In this document: positions 9,700 to 19,287 of the stretch, piece by piece
Layout of the letters: each line of letters begins with the position of its first letter
How positions within the stretch are numbered: the first letter of the stretch is position 1
Assembly (NCBI GenBank): GCA_035650715.1
Contig: DASRHC010000032.1
Location: 128,221-192,220 of the forward strand
DNA length: 64,000 nt
DNA from: Candidatus Methylomirabilota bacterium
GTDB taxonomy: Bacteria; Methylomirabilota; Methylomirabilia; Rokubacteriales; CSP1-6
Direction of reading: 5' to 3'
The notes under the pieces: generated by a model
The model's database searches: none
The model's input: only the letters and a program-made list of their open reading frames with translations
Told to the model about the DNA's origin: nothing
Translations under genes and position numbers: made by a program

Positions 9700-10829
9700 G
9701 CGGCGCCGTGCTGCCCCTCGAAGGCATCCGCGTCGTCGAGATCGCGCAGAACCTGGCCGGGCCGATGGCCGCCGAGATCCTCGCCCACATGGGCGCCGAC
9801 GTGGTGAAGGTCGAGCGGCCCGAGGGCGACGACGCGCGCAAGTGGGGACCGCCGTTCTGGAAGGGCGTCTCGCCCGGCTTCCTCGCGGTCAACGCCAACA
9901 AGCGCGGGATCACCCTCGACCTGAAGGATCCGCAGGCGGTCGGGTGGCTGATGCACTTCCTGGGCGAGACGGACGTGCTCGTGCAGAACCTCCGTCCGGG
10001 CTCGCTGGAGGAGCTGGGGCTGGGCCCCGAGGTGTTGCTCGCGCGGCATCCGCGCCTCATCTACTGCTCGGTGTGGGCCTTCGGACGCACCGGGCCGCTC
10101 AAGCTCAAGCCCGGCTTCGAGCCCATGGTCCAGGCCTTCTCCGGCCTCATGATGATGAACGGCGACGAGGGCGGGCCGCCCACCCGCATCGGCACCTCGA
10201 TCCTCGACTACGGCACCGGCATGTGGACCGCGATCGGCGCGCTCGCCGGGCTGGTGCAGCGGCAGCGCACCGGGCGCGGCTGCGTGGTGGACACCTCGCT
10301 CTACGAGACCGGGCTCGCGTGGCTCAAGGGCCACTTCGCCAGCTTCCGCGCCTCCGGCGAGGTCCCGGAGCGCCATCGCACCGGGAGCCAGCGGGTCGTC
10401 CCGTTCCAGGGCTTCGAGACCAAGACCGGCACCATCATCGTGGCCGCGGGCAACGATCGGCTGTTCGCGAAGCTGGCCGCCGCGGTCGGGCATCCCGAGT
10501 GGGCGAAGGACGAGCGCTTCGCCACCAACGCGGCGCGGGTGGCCCACAAGCCCGAGCTGCTCGGGCTACTGGAGGCCATCTTCCCGACGCGCACCAAGGG
10601 CGAGTGGATCGACCTGCTGGAAGCCCACGGCGTGCCGTGCGGCCCGATCCACACCCTGCCCGAGGCGGTGGCCCAGCCCCAGGCCGAAGCGATCGGCATC
10701 ATCCAGCGGCTGCCCGGCGACGACTACGAGGTGGTCTCGCTGCCGGTCTCGTTCGACGGCCGGCGCCCGCCCATCCGCCGCGCCCCCCCGCGCCTCGGCG
10801 AGCACAACGCCGAAGTCCGCGGTCAGTAG
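9696..10829 (+). CDS. CoA transferase, family III (CaiB/BaiF)
   Basis: N-terminus LEGIRVVEIAQNLAGPMAAEILAHMGADVVKVERP. The GTG start overlaps the upstream stop by 4 nt. Confidence 0.85.
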   Translation: MSGAVLPLEGIRVVEIAQNLAGPMAAEILAHMGADVVKVERPEGDDARKWGPPFWKGVSPGFLAVNANKRGITLDLKDPQAVGWLMHFLGETDVLVQNLRPGSLEELGLGPEVLLARHPRLIYCSVWAFGRTGPLKLKPGFEPMVQAFSGLMMMNGDEGGPPTRIGTSILDYGTGMWTAIGALAGLVQRQRTGRGCVVDTSLYETGLAWLKGHFASFRASGEVPERHRTGSQRVVPFQGFETKTGTIIVAAGNDRLFAKLAAAVGHPEWAKDERFATNAARVAHKPELLGLLEAIFPTRTKGEWIDLLEAHGVPCGPIHTLPEAVAQPQAEAIGIIQRLPGDDYEVVSLPVSFDGRRPPIRRAPPRLGEHNAEVRGQ

Positions 10830-10832
10830 CTC

Positions 10833-10919
10833 GGGGTCAGGTCTTACATTCCGACATTTTTATCGCCTGAGCCGAAGCTGCGCGCACCACGAAAATGTCG
10901 GAATGTAAGACCTGACCCC
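10833..10919. terminator. perfect 28-bp inverted repeat with 31-nt spacer filling the convergent intergenic gap (possible bidirectional terminator or REP-like element)
   Basis: GGGGTCAGGTCTTACATTCCGACATTTT at 10833-10860 and its exact reverse complement at 10892-10919. It is relatively AT-rich in a 70 % GC context. It abuts the stop codons of both flanking genes. Confidence 0.55.
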
Positions 10920-11644
10920 TAAGACGACAGGCCGGCCCAGAGCATCGTGAGGCCGGAGATGAGCATCAGGGCGTCCATCAGCAGGCGGAAGCGGTCGGGG
11001 TGCAGGCGCAGGACGAAGCGCTTGGCGAGCCAGGCGCCCGCCATCAGGGACGCGCCGGTGATGAGGCCCTGCACGATCACGGGCAGGGGCAGGGCGCCGA
11101 AGCGGCGGAACACCGCGGCCTTGCTCAGGTACACCGCGAGCGAGCCGGCGGCCTCGGTGGCGATGAACGCGCCCTTCACGAGCCCGTAGGAGAGGAAGAT
11201 CGGCGCGGTGATCGGGCCGGTGGTGACCACGATGCCGGTGAGGAAGCCCACCAGCGCCCCGATCACCACCAGGTGCCACGCCCGGAGCCCGTAGCCGCGC
11301 GCCTGCAGCCACCGCCGCGCGGGGATCATCGCGAGGAAGAAGAGCCCGAGCGCGCCCTCGATCAGCCGCGGGGGGAGGACCAGCAGCGTGCGCGCCCCGA
11401 GCGCGGCCGCGGGCACGCCGGTGACGGAGTACGCGGCCACCGCGCGCCAGTCGACCTGGCGCCACCAGATCAGCACCCGCGAGACGTTGGCGAGAATGGC
11501 CGCGATGGCCATGATCGGCACCGCGTGGAGCGGGCCGAAGGCCAGCACCAGCACCGGCATCAGCATGATCGACGAGCCGAAGCCGACGATGCCGCTGATG
11601 GTGCCGGCGGCCAGACCGACCACGAGGACGACCGCCAGCTCCAC
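10919..11644 (-). CDS. sulfite exporter TauE/SafE family membrane protein
   Basis: Polytopic membrane protein with the TauE N-terminal pattern LVVGLAAGTISGIVGFGSSIMLMPVLV. I chose GTG at 11644 as the likely start. The track ORF 10919..12433 is over-extended. Confidence 0.7.
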   Translation of the reverse strand: MELAVVLVVGLAAGTISGIVGFGSSIMLMPVLVLAFGPLHAVPIMAIAAILANVSRVLIWWRQVDWRAVAAYSVTGVPAAALGARTLLVLPPRLIEGALGLFFLAMIPARRWLQARGYGLRAWHLVVIGALVGFLTGIVVTTGPITAPIFLSYGLVKGAFIATEAAGSLAVYLSKAAVFRRFGALPLPVIVQGLITGASLMAGAWLAKRFVLRLHPDRFRLLMDALMLISGLTMLWAGLSS

Positions 11645-11658
11645 TCGGCGCGCCGCCG

Positions 11659-12702
11659 CTAGCCGAGCAGGCGTACCAGGGGATCGAGCAGGCGCGGGGC
11701 GGGCGTGAGCGCGCCCACCGGCTGCGCGTGGAAGGCCTCCACCACCGCGTCGTTGAACGGGGTGGGCACGCCGACGTGCCGGCCCTGCGCCGACACGAAG
11801 CCGTTGAGGTGGTCGATCTCGGTGCGGCGGCCCTTCATCACGTCCTGCAGCATGGAGGGCCGCCCGCCGCTGCGGCTGCCCGCGTCGGCCGCGATCTCCT
11901 TGCCCAGGGTGTCGATGGCCGCGTCGTCGTTCGCCTCCGCGAAGCGCGCGGCCGCGATGCCCAGGATGGGCTCCACCCGATGGCCCAGCGCGGTGCCCAC
12001 GCGCACCACCTCCGCGCCGAGGTGGGCCGCGATGCGGCGGGTGAGCGGCTCCGTCCGCACCTCCGCGGTGCCGAGGCCGCTCAGGCCGGCCAGCGGGTTC
12101 AGCATGCAGTTGAGCGCCAGCTTCGACCAGCGCTCGCCCCAGAGGTTGGTGGTCACCGTCGCGGGCGCCACCTCGCTCATGAGCGCGGCGATCCGCCGCG
12201 CCCGCGGGGTGTCCCGGCCGTCGTGCTCGCCGATCTTGAACGCGGCGCTGCCGCGGTCGGTGCGGATGGCGTGCGCGGGCTCGTACATGCCGGCGCTGAT
12301 CAGGATCACGCAGCCCAGCGTGCGCTCGCGTCCGGCCACCGCCGCCACCCGATGGTCGTTGATGCCGTTCTGGAAGTCGACCACTACCCCCCCGGACGCG
12401 CGCAGGTGGTCGACGGCGAGCTGGGTCGCCCACTCGGTGTCGTAGGACTTCACGGCGACGAAGGCGAGCTCGAAGGGCTCACGTACGGTCGCCAGCTCGT
12501 GCAGGTGCAGCGCGGGCAGCCGCACCAGGTGCTCGCCGCAGCTGCCGGACAGGCGCAGGCCCGCCTGCTTGATCTGCTCCACGTGCTCGGGCCACTGATC
12601 CACGAGCGTCACGTCGTGGCCCGCGCGGGCCAGCAGCCCTCCCACCACGCACCCGATGGCCCCGCCGCCGATGATGCCGATCCTGGTCCGGTCCGCCCCC
12701 AT
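11659..12702 (-). CDS. panE: 2-dehydropantoate 2-reductase (ApbA/PanE family)
   Basis: N-terminal Rossmann motif IGIIGGGAIGCVVGG and a C-terminal ketopantoate reductase domain. ATG at 12702 with a GGAGG RBS. Confidence 0.75.
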   Translation of the reverse strand: MGADRTRIGIIGGGAIGCVVGGLLARAGHDVTLVDQWPEHVEQIKQAGLRLSGSCGEHLVRLPALHLHELATVREPFELAFVAVKSYDTEWATQLAVDHLRASGGVVVDFQNGINDHRVAAVAGRERTLGCVILISAGMYEPAHAIRTDRGSAAFKIGEHDGRDTPRARRIAALMSEVAPATVTTNLWGERWSKLALNCMLNPLAGLSGLGTAEVRTEPLTRRIAAHLGAEVVRVGTALGHRVEPILGIAAARFAEANDDAAIDTLGKEIAADAGSRSGGRPSMLQDVMKGRRTEIDHLNGFVSAQGRHVGVPTPFNDAVVEAFHAQPVGALTPAPRLLDPLVRLLG

Positions 12703-12996
12703 GGGGCCCCTCCGTGGCGCGTGCCTGGCGAAGACTGCGTGCGATGCCGCGGGTAGGCTACGGCAGCCGCGCCCGGGGACGCAAGGGCCCGGGCTCAGCG
12801 GCGCCGGCGGCGCATGATCCAGCGCTCGCGGGCGACCCAGCCCACCGCGGCCAGGATTCCCACCACGATCGCCAGCACCAGCCACCCCACCTCGCGCATG
12901 GTCCCTCCGTGACCGGGCAACACTCCCTTGCCCGTCGCCAGCGCCCGGACTTACCCGGTCAAAGTTTCCCGTCCCTGACCGTCCGGTCGCGTTCGG

Positions 12997-15900
12997 GTGG
13001 CTTCGCGCCGACCCACATTCGCTCGTGGCCCTGGATCGGGCGCGGCACACGCATTGCTCCTCTGGTCCGGACCGTACCCGACGGCATATGATACGGTCCA
13101 CTCAGCGGTGGCGAAGCCCGGCTCGCACTTCGTTTCGAATCTCAGGCCCCATGCCGTCGCGATCCTCGCGGTGGCGGCCGCCCTCGCCTGCTCGTTGCTC
13201 TCCCTGCCCCTGGTCGAGCGCTCGCAGCTGTTCCTGCTGCTCGCCGCCGTCGTCCTGAGCGCCTGGTACGGCGGGGCGCGCCCCGGCCTGCTGGCCACCG
13301 CCCTCGCGGTGCTGGTGCAGCACACGGTCTTCGAGACCCAGGGGCACGACTGGATCCGGACCGCGATGTTCGTGCTGATCTGCGCCGGCATCTGCGCGGC
13401 GGCCGCGGGACGCCGGCGCGCCGAGGCGCGACTGCGCGAGCAGCGCGAGGAGCTGGCGGTGACGCTCGCCAGCATCGCGGACGCGGTGGTGGTGACCGAC
13501 GTGGCCGGGCGCGTGCGGTTCATGAACGCGGCCGCCGAGCGTCTCACCGGGCGCTCGGCCCAGGAGGCCCGCGGGCGGCCGCTGCCCGCGATCTGCCCGC
13601 TCGTGTCGGAGGAGACCCGGGCTCCGGTGGAGAGCCCGGCGGCCCGGGTGGTGCGGGACGGGGCGCTCGCCCCGCGCACCGGGCTCCTGCTGGTGCGTCG
13701 CGACGGGCAGGAGCGGCCGGTCGACGAGAGCGGCGCGCGGCTCTTCGATCCCGAGGGAGCGGTCGACGGCGCGGTGCTGGTGCTGCGCGATCTGACCGAG
13801 CGCCGGAGCATCGAGCGGGAGCAGGCGGCGGTCATCGCCCGCGAGCAGTCGGCCCGGCGCGACGCGGCCGCGCTCTCCGCGGTGGGCCAGGCCCTGGTGC
13901 AGTCCCTGGACCGCGCGAGCGTCGGCCGCCACATCGCCGAAGGCATACGCACGTTGCTCGGCGGCAGCATCTCGGTGCTGTGGGAGCTGGACGCGATGAC
14001 CGGCCGCCTGGTGGCGGTCGCGGCGTCGGGGGCGGGGGACAACTTCGCGCCCGGCACCGCCATCCCCGGCGACGAGATGGTCGCGGGCCTCGCGGTCCGC
14101 GAGGGCGCGCCGGTGGCCAGCCCCGACATGCTGTCGGATCCCCGTGTGGTCCTGCACCCGGAGACCCGGGCGCTGGCCGAGCGGTCCAGTCACCGGGCGG
14201 TGCTCGCGGTCCCGCTGACCATCGGCGGCCGGATCACCGGCGTCCTGGCGGTCGGCGACGCGCAGGGCCGGACGTTCGCCCCGCACGAGATCCAGCGCTT
14301 GCAGGACTTCGCCAATCAGGCCGCCATCGCGCTCGAGAACACGCGGCTCTTCGCGCTCGAGAGCGCGCGGCGCGCGCAGATGGAGGCCCTCGCGGCGGTG
14401 CAGCGCGAGCTCAGCGCCGAGCTCGACCTGGACCGCCTGCTCGGGCTGATCATCGAGCGCGCGGGCCAGCTGCTCGACGGCGCCTCCTTCGCGTACCTGG
14501 TGGACGAGGAAGGCCACCCGTCCGGGACGCGCGTGTGGACGCGCCGCGAGCCCGCCCCGGAGGCGCCGTTCCCGGCCCACGGCGGGCTGGTGGCCAGCTG
14601 CGCGAGCGCGCGGCAGGGGCTCCTCGCCAACGACTATCCCCGTTCGCCCTACGCGCTGCCGGAGGTGGTGCAGCTGGGCGTGCGGCACGCGATGGCGGTG
14701 CCGCTGGTCAGCCGCGACCGTCTGCTCGGCGTGCTGGTGCTGGCGCGCCCCGAGGAGGGCCGGCCCTTCTCCCGCGAGGACCTGGTGACCTTCGAGGGGC
14801 TGGCGGTGCAGGCCGCGGTCGCGGTGGACAACGCGATGCTGTTCATCGAGGCGGGCGCCCGCCAGCGCGAGGCCGAGGTGCTGGCCGAGCTGGCGCGGTC
14901 GATCAACGCCGCGCACGACGTGGGCACGGTGCTCCAGCGGGTGGTCGACGGCGCCAAGGAGCTGTGCGGCTGCGATCTCACCGGCGTGGCGCTGCGCGAG
15001 AGCGAGTCGGGCAGCGTCGTCATGCGGAACCGGGCCGGCGAGTATCGCAGCCCGCCGGACCGGCTGGTGATCGAGCCGGGGCATGGCGCCGGCGGCTTCG
15101 TGCTGGAGACCGGGCAGCCCTTCCGCAGCGACAACCTGGTTCGGGACCCTCGTCTGATCCCGAATCCGGCGGATCGGGTGGACGTGGAGGGCATCGTCAC
15201 GAGTTTGGTCGTCCCGATCCTGGTGGAGGGCGCGGTGGAGGGACTCCTCTACGTGCACCGGCGCACCCCGCGTCCGTTCACCGACCGCAACGAATCGACC
15301 CTCCGGCTGCTGGCGGAGTACGCGAGCATCGCGATCCACAACATGCGGCTGCTCGCCCACGAGCACCAGATGCGGGCGGAGGCCGAGGGCGCGAGCCGGA
15401 TGAAGGACGAGTTCCTGGCCACCATCTCGCACGAGCTGCGCAGCCCGCTCCAGCCGCTGCTGAACTGGGCCTACCTGCTCCGGTCGCCCAACCTGGATCC
15501 GGCCAGCGCGGAGCGGGCGCTCGACGCGATCGAGCGCAGCACCAAGACCCTGGGCCAGCTCATCGAGGACCTCCTCGACGTCTCCCGCATCGTCACCGGC
15601 AAGCTGCGGCTGCAGGCGCGGCCGGTGCGGCTGCCGGGGGTGGTGCGCGCGGCCATGGAGGCGGTGGAGTCCGCCGCGCTCGCCAAGTCGGTGACGCTGG
15701 ACGCCCACATCGACCCCGACGTGCCGGCAGTCCTGGGCGATCCCGACCGTCTCCAGCAGGTGCTGTGGAACCTGCTCTCCAACGGGATCAAGTTCACCCC
15801 GCGCGGCGGACGCGTGACGGTGTCGGTGTCGACCCAGGACGGCGACGTGGTGCTCACGGTGGCCGACAGCGGCGCCGGCATCAAGCCCGAGTTCCTGCCC

Positions 15901-16533
15901 CACGTGTTCGAGCGCTTCCGCCAGGCCGAGAGCAGCACCAACCGGGCGTACGGCGGGCTCGGGCTGGGGCTCGCCATCGTGCGGCACCTCGTGGAGCTGC
16001 ACGGCGGCAGCGTCTCGGTGGCGAGCGACGGGGAGGGACGCGGCGCCACCTTCACGGTGCGGCTGCCGGTCGCGGCGGCCGCACGGCCGCCCGCGGAGCG
16101 CCCGCCGGCTGCGGTCAGCACCGAGCCGCCCGCGGGGACCAGCCTGTCCGGCCTGCGCATCCTGGTGGTCGACGACGAGGCCGACGCGCGCGAGGTGATG
16201 CGGTTCATGCTCGAGCGCGGCGGCGCGCGCGTGCTCATCGCGGACTCCGCGGGCGCCGCGCTCGACGCGATCCGCGAGGAGCGTCCGGACCTGCTCATCA
16301 GCGACATCGGCATGCCGGTCGAGGACGGCTACGTGATGGTGCGGCGCCTGCGGGCGATGGAGGACGGCATGGGCAGCCGGCTGCCCGCGATCGCCCTGAC
16401 CGCCTACGCGAGCGAGGAGGACGCGCGCCGGGCCCGCAACGCCGGGTTCGACGCCCACCTCTCCAAGCCGGTCGACCCCGCGCGCCTCATCGAGATCGCG
16501 CTGCGCCTGGCCGGGGCGCGTCCCCGCGTCTGA
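12997..16533 (+). CDS. hybrid sensor histidine kinase with a KdpD-like DUF4118 membrane domain, PAS, three GAF domains, HisKA, HATPase and a C-terminal receiver
   Basis: Domain order read from the sequence: membrane LSAWYGGARPGLLAT, a PAS domain, three GAF repeats, the H-box ISHELRSPL, HATPase G-boxes, then a REC with the Asp in LISDIGMP. The true start is uncertain and may be GTG near 13108. Confidence 0.85.
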   Translation: MASRRPTFARGPGSGAAHALLLWSGPYPTAYDTVHSAVAKPGSHFVSNLRPHAVAILAVAAALACSLLSLPLVERSQLFLLLAAVVLSAWYGGARPGLLATALAVLVQHTVFETQGHDWIRTAMFVLICAGICAAAAGRRRAEARLREQREELAVTLASIADAVVVTDVAGRVRFMNAAAERLTGRSAQEARGRPLPAICPLVSEETRAPVESPAARVVRDGALAPRTGLLLVRRDGQERPVDESGARLFDPEGAVDGAVLVLRDLTERRSIEREQAAVIAREQSARRDAAALSAVGQALVQSLDRASVGRHIAEGIRTLLGGSISVLWELDAMTGRLVAVAASGAGDNFAPGTAIPGDEMVAGLAVREGAPVASPDMLSDPRVVLHPETRALAERSSHRAVLAVPLTIGGRITGVLAVGDAQGRTFAPHEIQRLQDFANQAAIALENTRLFALESARRAQMEALAAVQRELSAELDLDRLLGLIIERAGQLLDGASFAYLVDEEGHPSGTRVWTRREPAPEAPFPAHGGLVASCASARQGLLANDYPRSPYALPEVVQLGVRHAMAVPLVSRDRLLGVLVLARPEEGRPFSREDLVTFEGLAVQAAVAVDNAMLFIEAGARQREAEVLAELARSINAAHDVGTVLQRVVDGAKELCGCDLTGVALRESESGSVVMRNRAGEYRSPPDRLVIEPGHGAGGFVLETGQPFRSDNLVRDPRLIPNPADRVDVEGIVTSLVVPILVEGAVEGLLYVHRRTPRPFTDRNESTLRLLAEYASIAIHNMRLLAHEHQMRAEAEGASRMKDEFLATISHELRSPLQPLLNWAYLLRSPNLDPASAERALDAIERSTKTLGQLIEDLLDVSRIVTGKLRLQARPVRLPGVVRAAMEAVESAALAKSVTLDAHIDPDVPAVLGDPDRLQQVLWNLLSNGIKFTPRGGRVTVSVSTQDGDVVLTVADSGAGIKPEFLPHVFERFRQAESSTNRAYGGLGLGLAIVRHLVELHGGSVSVASDGEGRGATFTVRLPVAAAARPPAERPPAAVSTEPPAGTSLSGLRILVVDDEADAREVMRFMLERGGARVLIADSAGAALDAIREERPDLLISDIGMPVEDGYVMVRRLRAMEDGMGSRLPAIALTAYASEEDARRARNAGFDAHLSKPVDPARLIEIALRLAGARPRV

Positions 16534-16549
16534 GCCCGCGCCCGCGCGC

Positions 16550-17362
16550 TCAGCGCGCGAGGGGGCGTCGGCCCGGTCCCTGCGGGCTCACCGTCTCGAT
16601 CCGCCAGATCGGCCCCCCGGTGTAGAGGGGACCGTCGATGGCCACGAACGCGGGCACCTCGGTCGTGACCACCCAGCAGTGATAGTTGGGGGGCGTCTTG
16701 CCCAGGAGCGCCGCCGCCGTCCCGCGCAGCGGGCCGAGCTTCGGGGTCATGACGAAGTGCGTGGCCTCGACCGTGCGCTCGCCCACCGACACGGTTTCCT
16801 CGCCCACCGGAGCCAGCTGGAGCTCCACCACCAGCGGCTTCGGCATGAAGGCGATGGTCCGCACCGTCAGGGTGGCGCCCCGGGCCAGGTTCTTGAGCAG
16901 CATGATCATCATGCCGTTGTAGACGTCGGGGGCGAGGTCGAGCGCGCCCGACGCGGTCTCCGGCTCGTCGCCGCCGCGGCGCGAGCGCGCCGAGTAACGC
17001 CCGCTCTTGCGGTCGAACGTCACCTCGAGCTCCTCCGGGAACGTGGGGCCGCGCCGGATCAGGTGGTAGCGCTGCAGGGTGAAGACCTTCTGCTGGGTGA
17101 ACAGGACCGTCTCGTCGTAGAGCGAGCCGTCGCGGAAGCGGAACACGAGGCGCGAGTCCACGCCCTCCGGCTTCACCACCTGCAGCAGGTCGCCGTCCGC
17201 GAGCACCTCCCCGCCGGCGCCGCGCAGGACGAGGAAGCCGTGGGTGACGCCCTCCTGGTAGCGGGCCGCGACCGGCGCCGCGACGGCAGGGGCCGCGAGC
17301 ATGGACAGCGCGGTCACCGCGAGCGCCGCCAGCGTGCCGTGGAGCTTGCGCGTCGCCCTCAT
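16550..17362 (-). CDS. secreted hypothetical protein
   Basis: Signal peptide MRATRKLHGTLAALAVTALSMLAAPAVAAP. 270 aa. I trimmed it from the 597-aa track ORF. Confidence 0.55.
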   Translation of the reverse strand: MRATRKLHGTLAALAVTALSMLAAPAVAAPVAARYQEGVTHGFLVLRGAGGEVLADGDLLQVVKPEGVDSRLVFRFRDGSLYDETVLFTQQKVFTLQRYHLIRRGPTFPEELEVTFDRKSGRYSARSRRGGDEPETASGALDLAPDVYNGMMIMLLKNLARGATLTVRTIAFMPKPLVVELQLAPVGEETVSVGERTVEATHFVMTPKLGPLRGTAAALLGKTPPNYHCWVVTTEVPAFVAIDGPLYTGGPIWRIETVSPQGPGRRPLAR

Positions 17363-17572
17363 TGGTCGCCAGTGGTGCAAGGGTCCTGCCGCGCTCATCC
17401 CCGCGCGGCACCGGGAGGAATGTCCGGGGGGGCGCGGCGCTGCGCGGCAAATCTTCCGGGTAAGAGCTTCCGGCCCGACCGCGCGCCCCCCGAGGAAAGC
17501 GCCGGGACGGGCACATCCACTGGCCCGACCTCGGTTTCGCGCGGCATGGCCGTTGCACTCGTCGGTCACCCC

Positions 17573-18424
17573 ATGAGCACTTCCCATTTTCTCCGGATCG
17601 CGGCGATCGCCGATCTGCACTGCACCCCCGCGTCCGAGGGCGTGTTCCAGCCCCTGTTCGGCAAGGTCGGCGAGAGCGCGGACGTGCTCGTCCTGTGCGG
17701 AGACCTCACCGACTACGGCACCGCCGACGAGGCGCGCGTGCTGGCCAAGGAGCTGGGGGTCACCAAGGTGCCCAAGGTCGCGGTGCTCGGCAACCACGAC
17801 TTCGAATCGAACGCGGCGTCCGAGGTGGCGCGGATCCTCACCGAGGCGGCCGGCGTCGTCGTGCTCGACGGCACCGCGGTCGAGGTGATGGGCGTGGGAT
17901 TCGCGGGCGTGAAGGGCTTCGCGGGCGGCTTCGGCGAGCGGGCGCTGCAGTCGTGGGGCGAGGAGCCGATCAAGGCCTTCGTGCGGGCCGCGCTCGACGA
18001 GGCGCTCAAGCTCGAGACCGCGCTCGCGCGGCTCCGGACGCCCGGGCGCGTGGCGCTCCTGCACTATTCGCCCATCGGCGCCACCGTGTGGGGAGAGCCC
18101 ACCGAGATCTTCCCCTTCCTCGGCTCGAGCCGGCTCGAGGAGCCGCTCAACCGCTACCGCCCGAGTGTGGTCTTCCACGGGCACGCCCATCGCGGCTCCC
18201 CCGAGGGGACCACCGCGTCGGGGGTGCCCGTCTACAACGTGGCCCTGCCGCTGCTCAAGCGGGCCGAGCCGGAGCGGCCGCCGTTCCGGGTCGTCGAGGT
18301 GCCGCTGCCCGAGGACGGGACCGGCGGCCCGGACTCGAGCCATCGCGCCGCGGACGGCCAGCCCGGCGCCACGCTGGCGCGCGCGGGTGAGCCCACCGCC
18401 CCCGCGCGCCCGGTGCGCCCATGA
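17573..18424 (+). CDS. metallophosphoesterase (calcineurin-like phosphoesterase)
   Basis: Motifs IADLHC, GDLTDYG, GNHD and GHAH match the MPE metal-binding motifs. The alternative start is 17546. Confidence 0.75.
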   Translation: MSTSHFLRIAAIADLHCTPASEGVFQPLFGKVGESADVLVLCGDLTDYGTADEARVLAKELGVTKVPKVAVLGNHDFESNAASEVARILTEAAGVVVLDGTAVEVMGVGFAGVKGFAGGFGERALQSWGEEPIKAFVRAALDEALKLETALARLRTPGRVALLHYSPIGATVWGEPTEIFPFLGSSRLEEPLNRYRPSVVFHGHAHRGSPEGTTASGVPVYNVALPLLKRAEPERPPFRVVEVPLPEDGTGGPDSSHRAADGQPGATLARAGEPTAPARPVRP

Positions 18425-19287
18425 GCCCCGCGGTCGCGTCGCCGCGCCCGCCGCGCGCGGAGGGCCCGTCCCCCGCCGCCGGCCGCTTCTACCGTCGGGT
18501 GCTCGCCGGGCTCAACGCGGCCGGCATCGAGTTCCTGGTGGGCGGCGGCCACGCGCTCGAGTGCTATCTCGGGATCGGCCGCTCGGTGAAGGACCTGGAT
18601 CTGTTCATGCGCGAGCGCGACGTGGCGGCCGCGCTGCGCGTGGTCCGGGAGCGGCTCGGCTACGGCGGCGAGATCACGTTCCCGCACTGGCTGGCCAAGA
18701 TCACGCGCGGCCGCGATCACATCGACGTGATCTTCAACTCCGGCAACGGGGTGTGCGCGGTGGACGACGAGTGGTTCCACCACGCGGTGCCGTCCAGCGT
18801 GATGGACGAGCCGGTGGCGCTCTGCCCGCCCGAGGAGACCATCTGGTCCAAGGCCTTCGTGATGGAGCGCGAGCGCTACGACGGGGCGGACATCGCCCAT
18901 CTCCTCCACGCCCGCGCCGAGGCCCTCGACTGGGGCCGGCTGGCCCGGCGCTTCGGGCCCTACTGGCGCGTGCTGCTGAGCCACCTGATCCTGTTCGGCT
19001 TCATCTATCCGTCGGAGCGCGCCCGCATCCCGGAGCCCCTCATGCGGCGCTGTCTCGAGCTGCTGGAGGCCGAGATGCGCCGGCCCTCGGCGCGGCGCGT
19101 CTGCCGCGGCACCATCACGTCGCGCGCGCAGTACCTGGTGGACGTGCAGCTCTGGGGCTACGAGGACGGCCGGCTCGATCCCCCCGGCCGCATGACGGAG
19201 AGCGACGCCTCCATCTGGACCGCGGCCATCGACGAGGCGGCGAGCCGGCCGGTGGGCGCCGACTCCATGGGCGAGGCCCCGGCGTGA
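18421..19287 (+). CDS. nucleotidyltransferase-fold protein (pol-beta-like minimal NTase core, uncharacterised family)
   Basis: LVGGGHALECYLGIGRSVKDLDLF fits hG[GS]x(9-15)DxD. ATGA overlap with the MPE stop. 288 aa. Confidence 0.55.
   Translation: MSPAVASPRPPRAEGPSPAAGRFYRRVLAGLNAAGIEFLVGGGHALECYLGIGRSVKDLDLFMRERDVAAALRVVRERLGYGGEITFPHWLAKITRGRDHIDVIFNSGNGVCAVDDEWFHHAVPSSVMDEPVALCPPEETIWSKAFVMERERYDGADIAHLLHARAEALDWGRLARRFGPYWRVLLSHLILFGFIYPSERARIPEPLMRRCLELLEAEMRRPSARRVCRGTITSRAQYLVDVQLWGYEDGRLDPPGRMTESDASIWTAAIDEAASRPVGADSMGEAPA

Noticed and set aside
12703-12996. Possible 35-aa membrane micro-ORF in the panE/kinase divergent intergenic region
   Set aside because: On re-translation it is in frame with, and part of, the spurious upstream extension of the panE ORF. 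It has no independent support.
13102-16458. 1118-aa minus-strand ORF and the 392-aa ORF 12951..14129, both antisense to the first hybrid kinase
   Set aside because: Low-complexity, no domains, and fully overlapped by a multi-domain kinase with clear motifs on the other strand.
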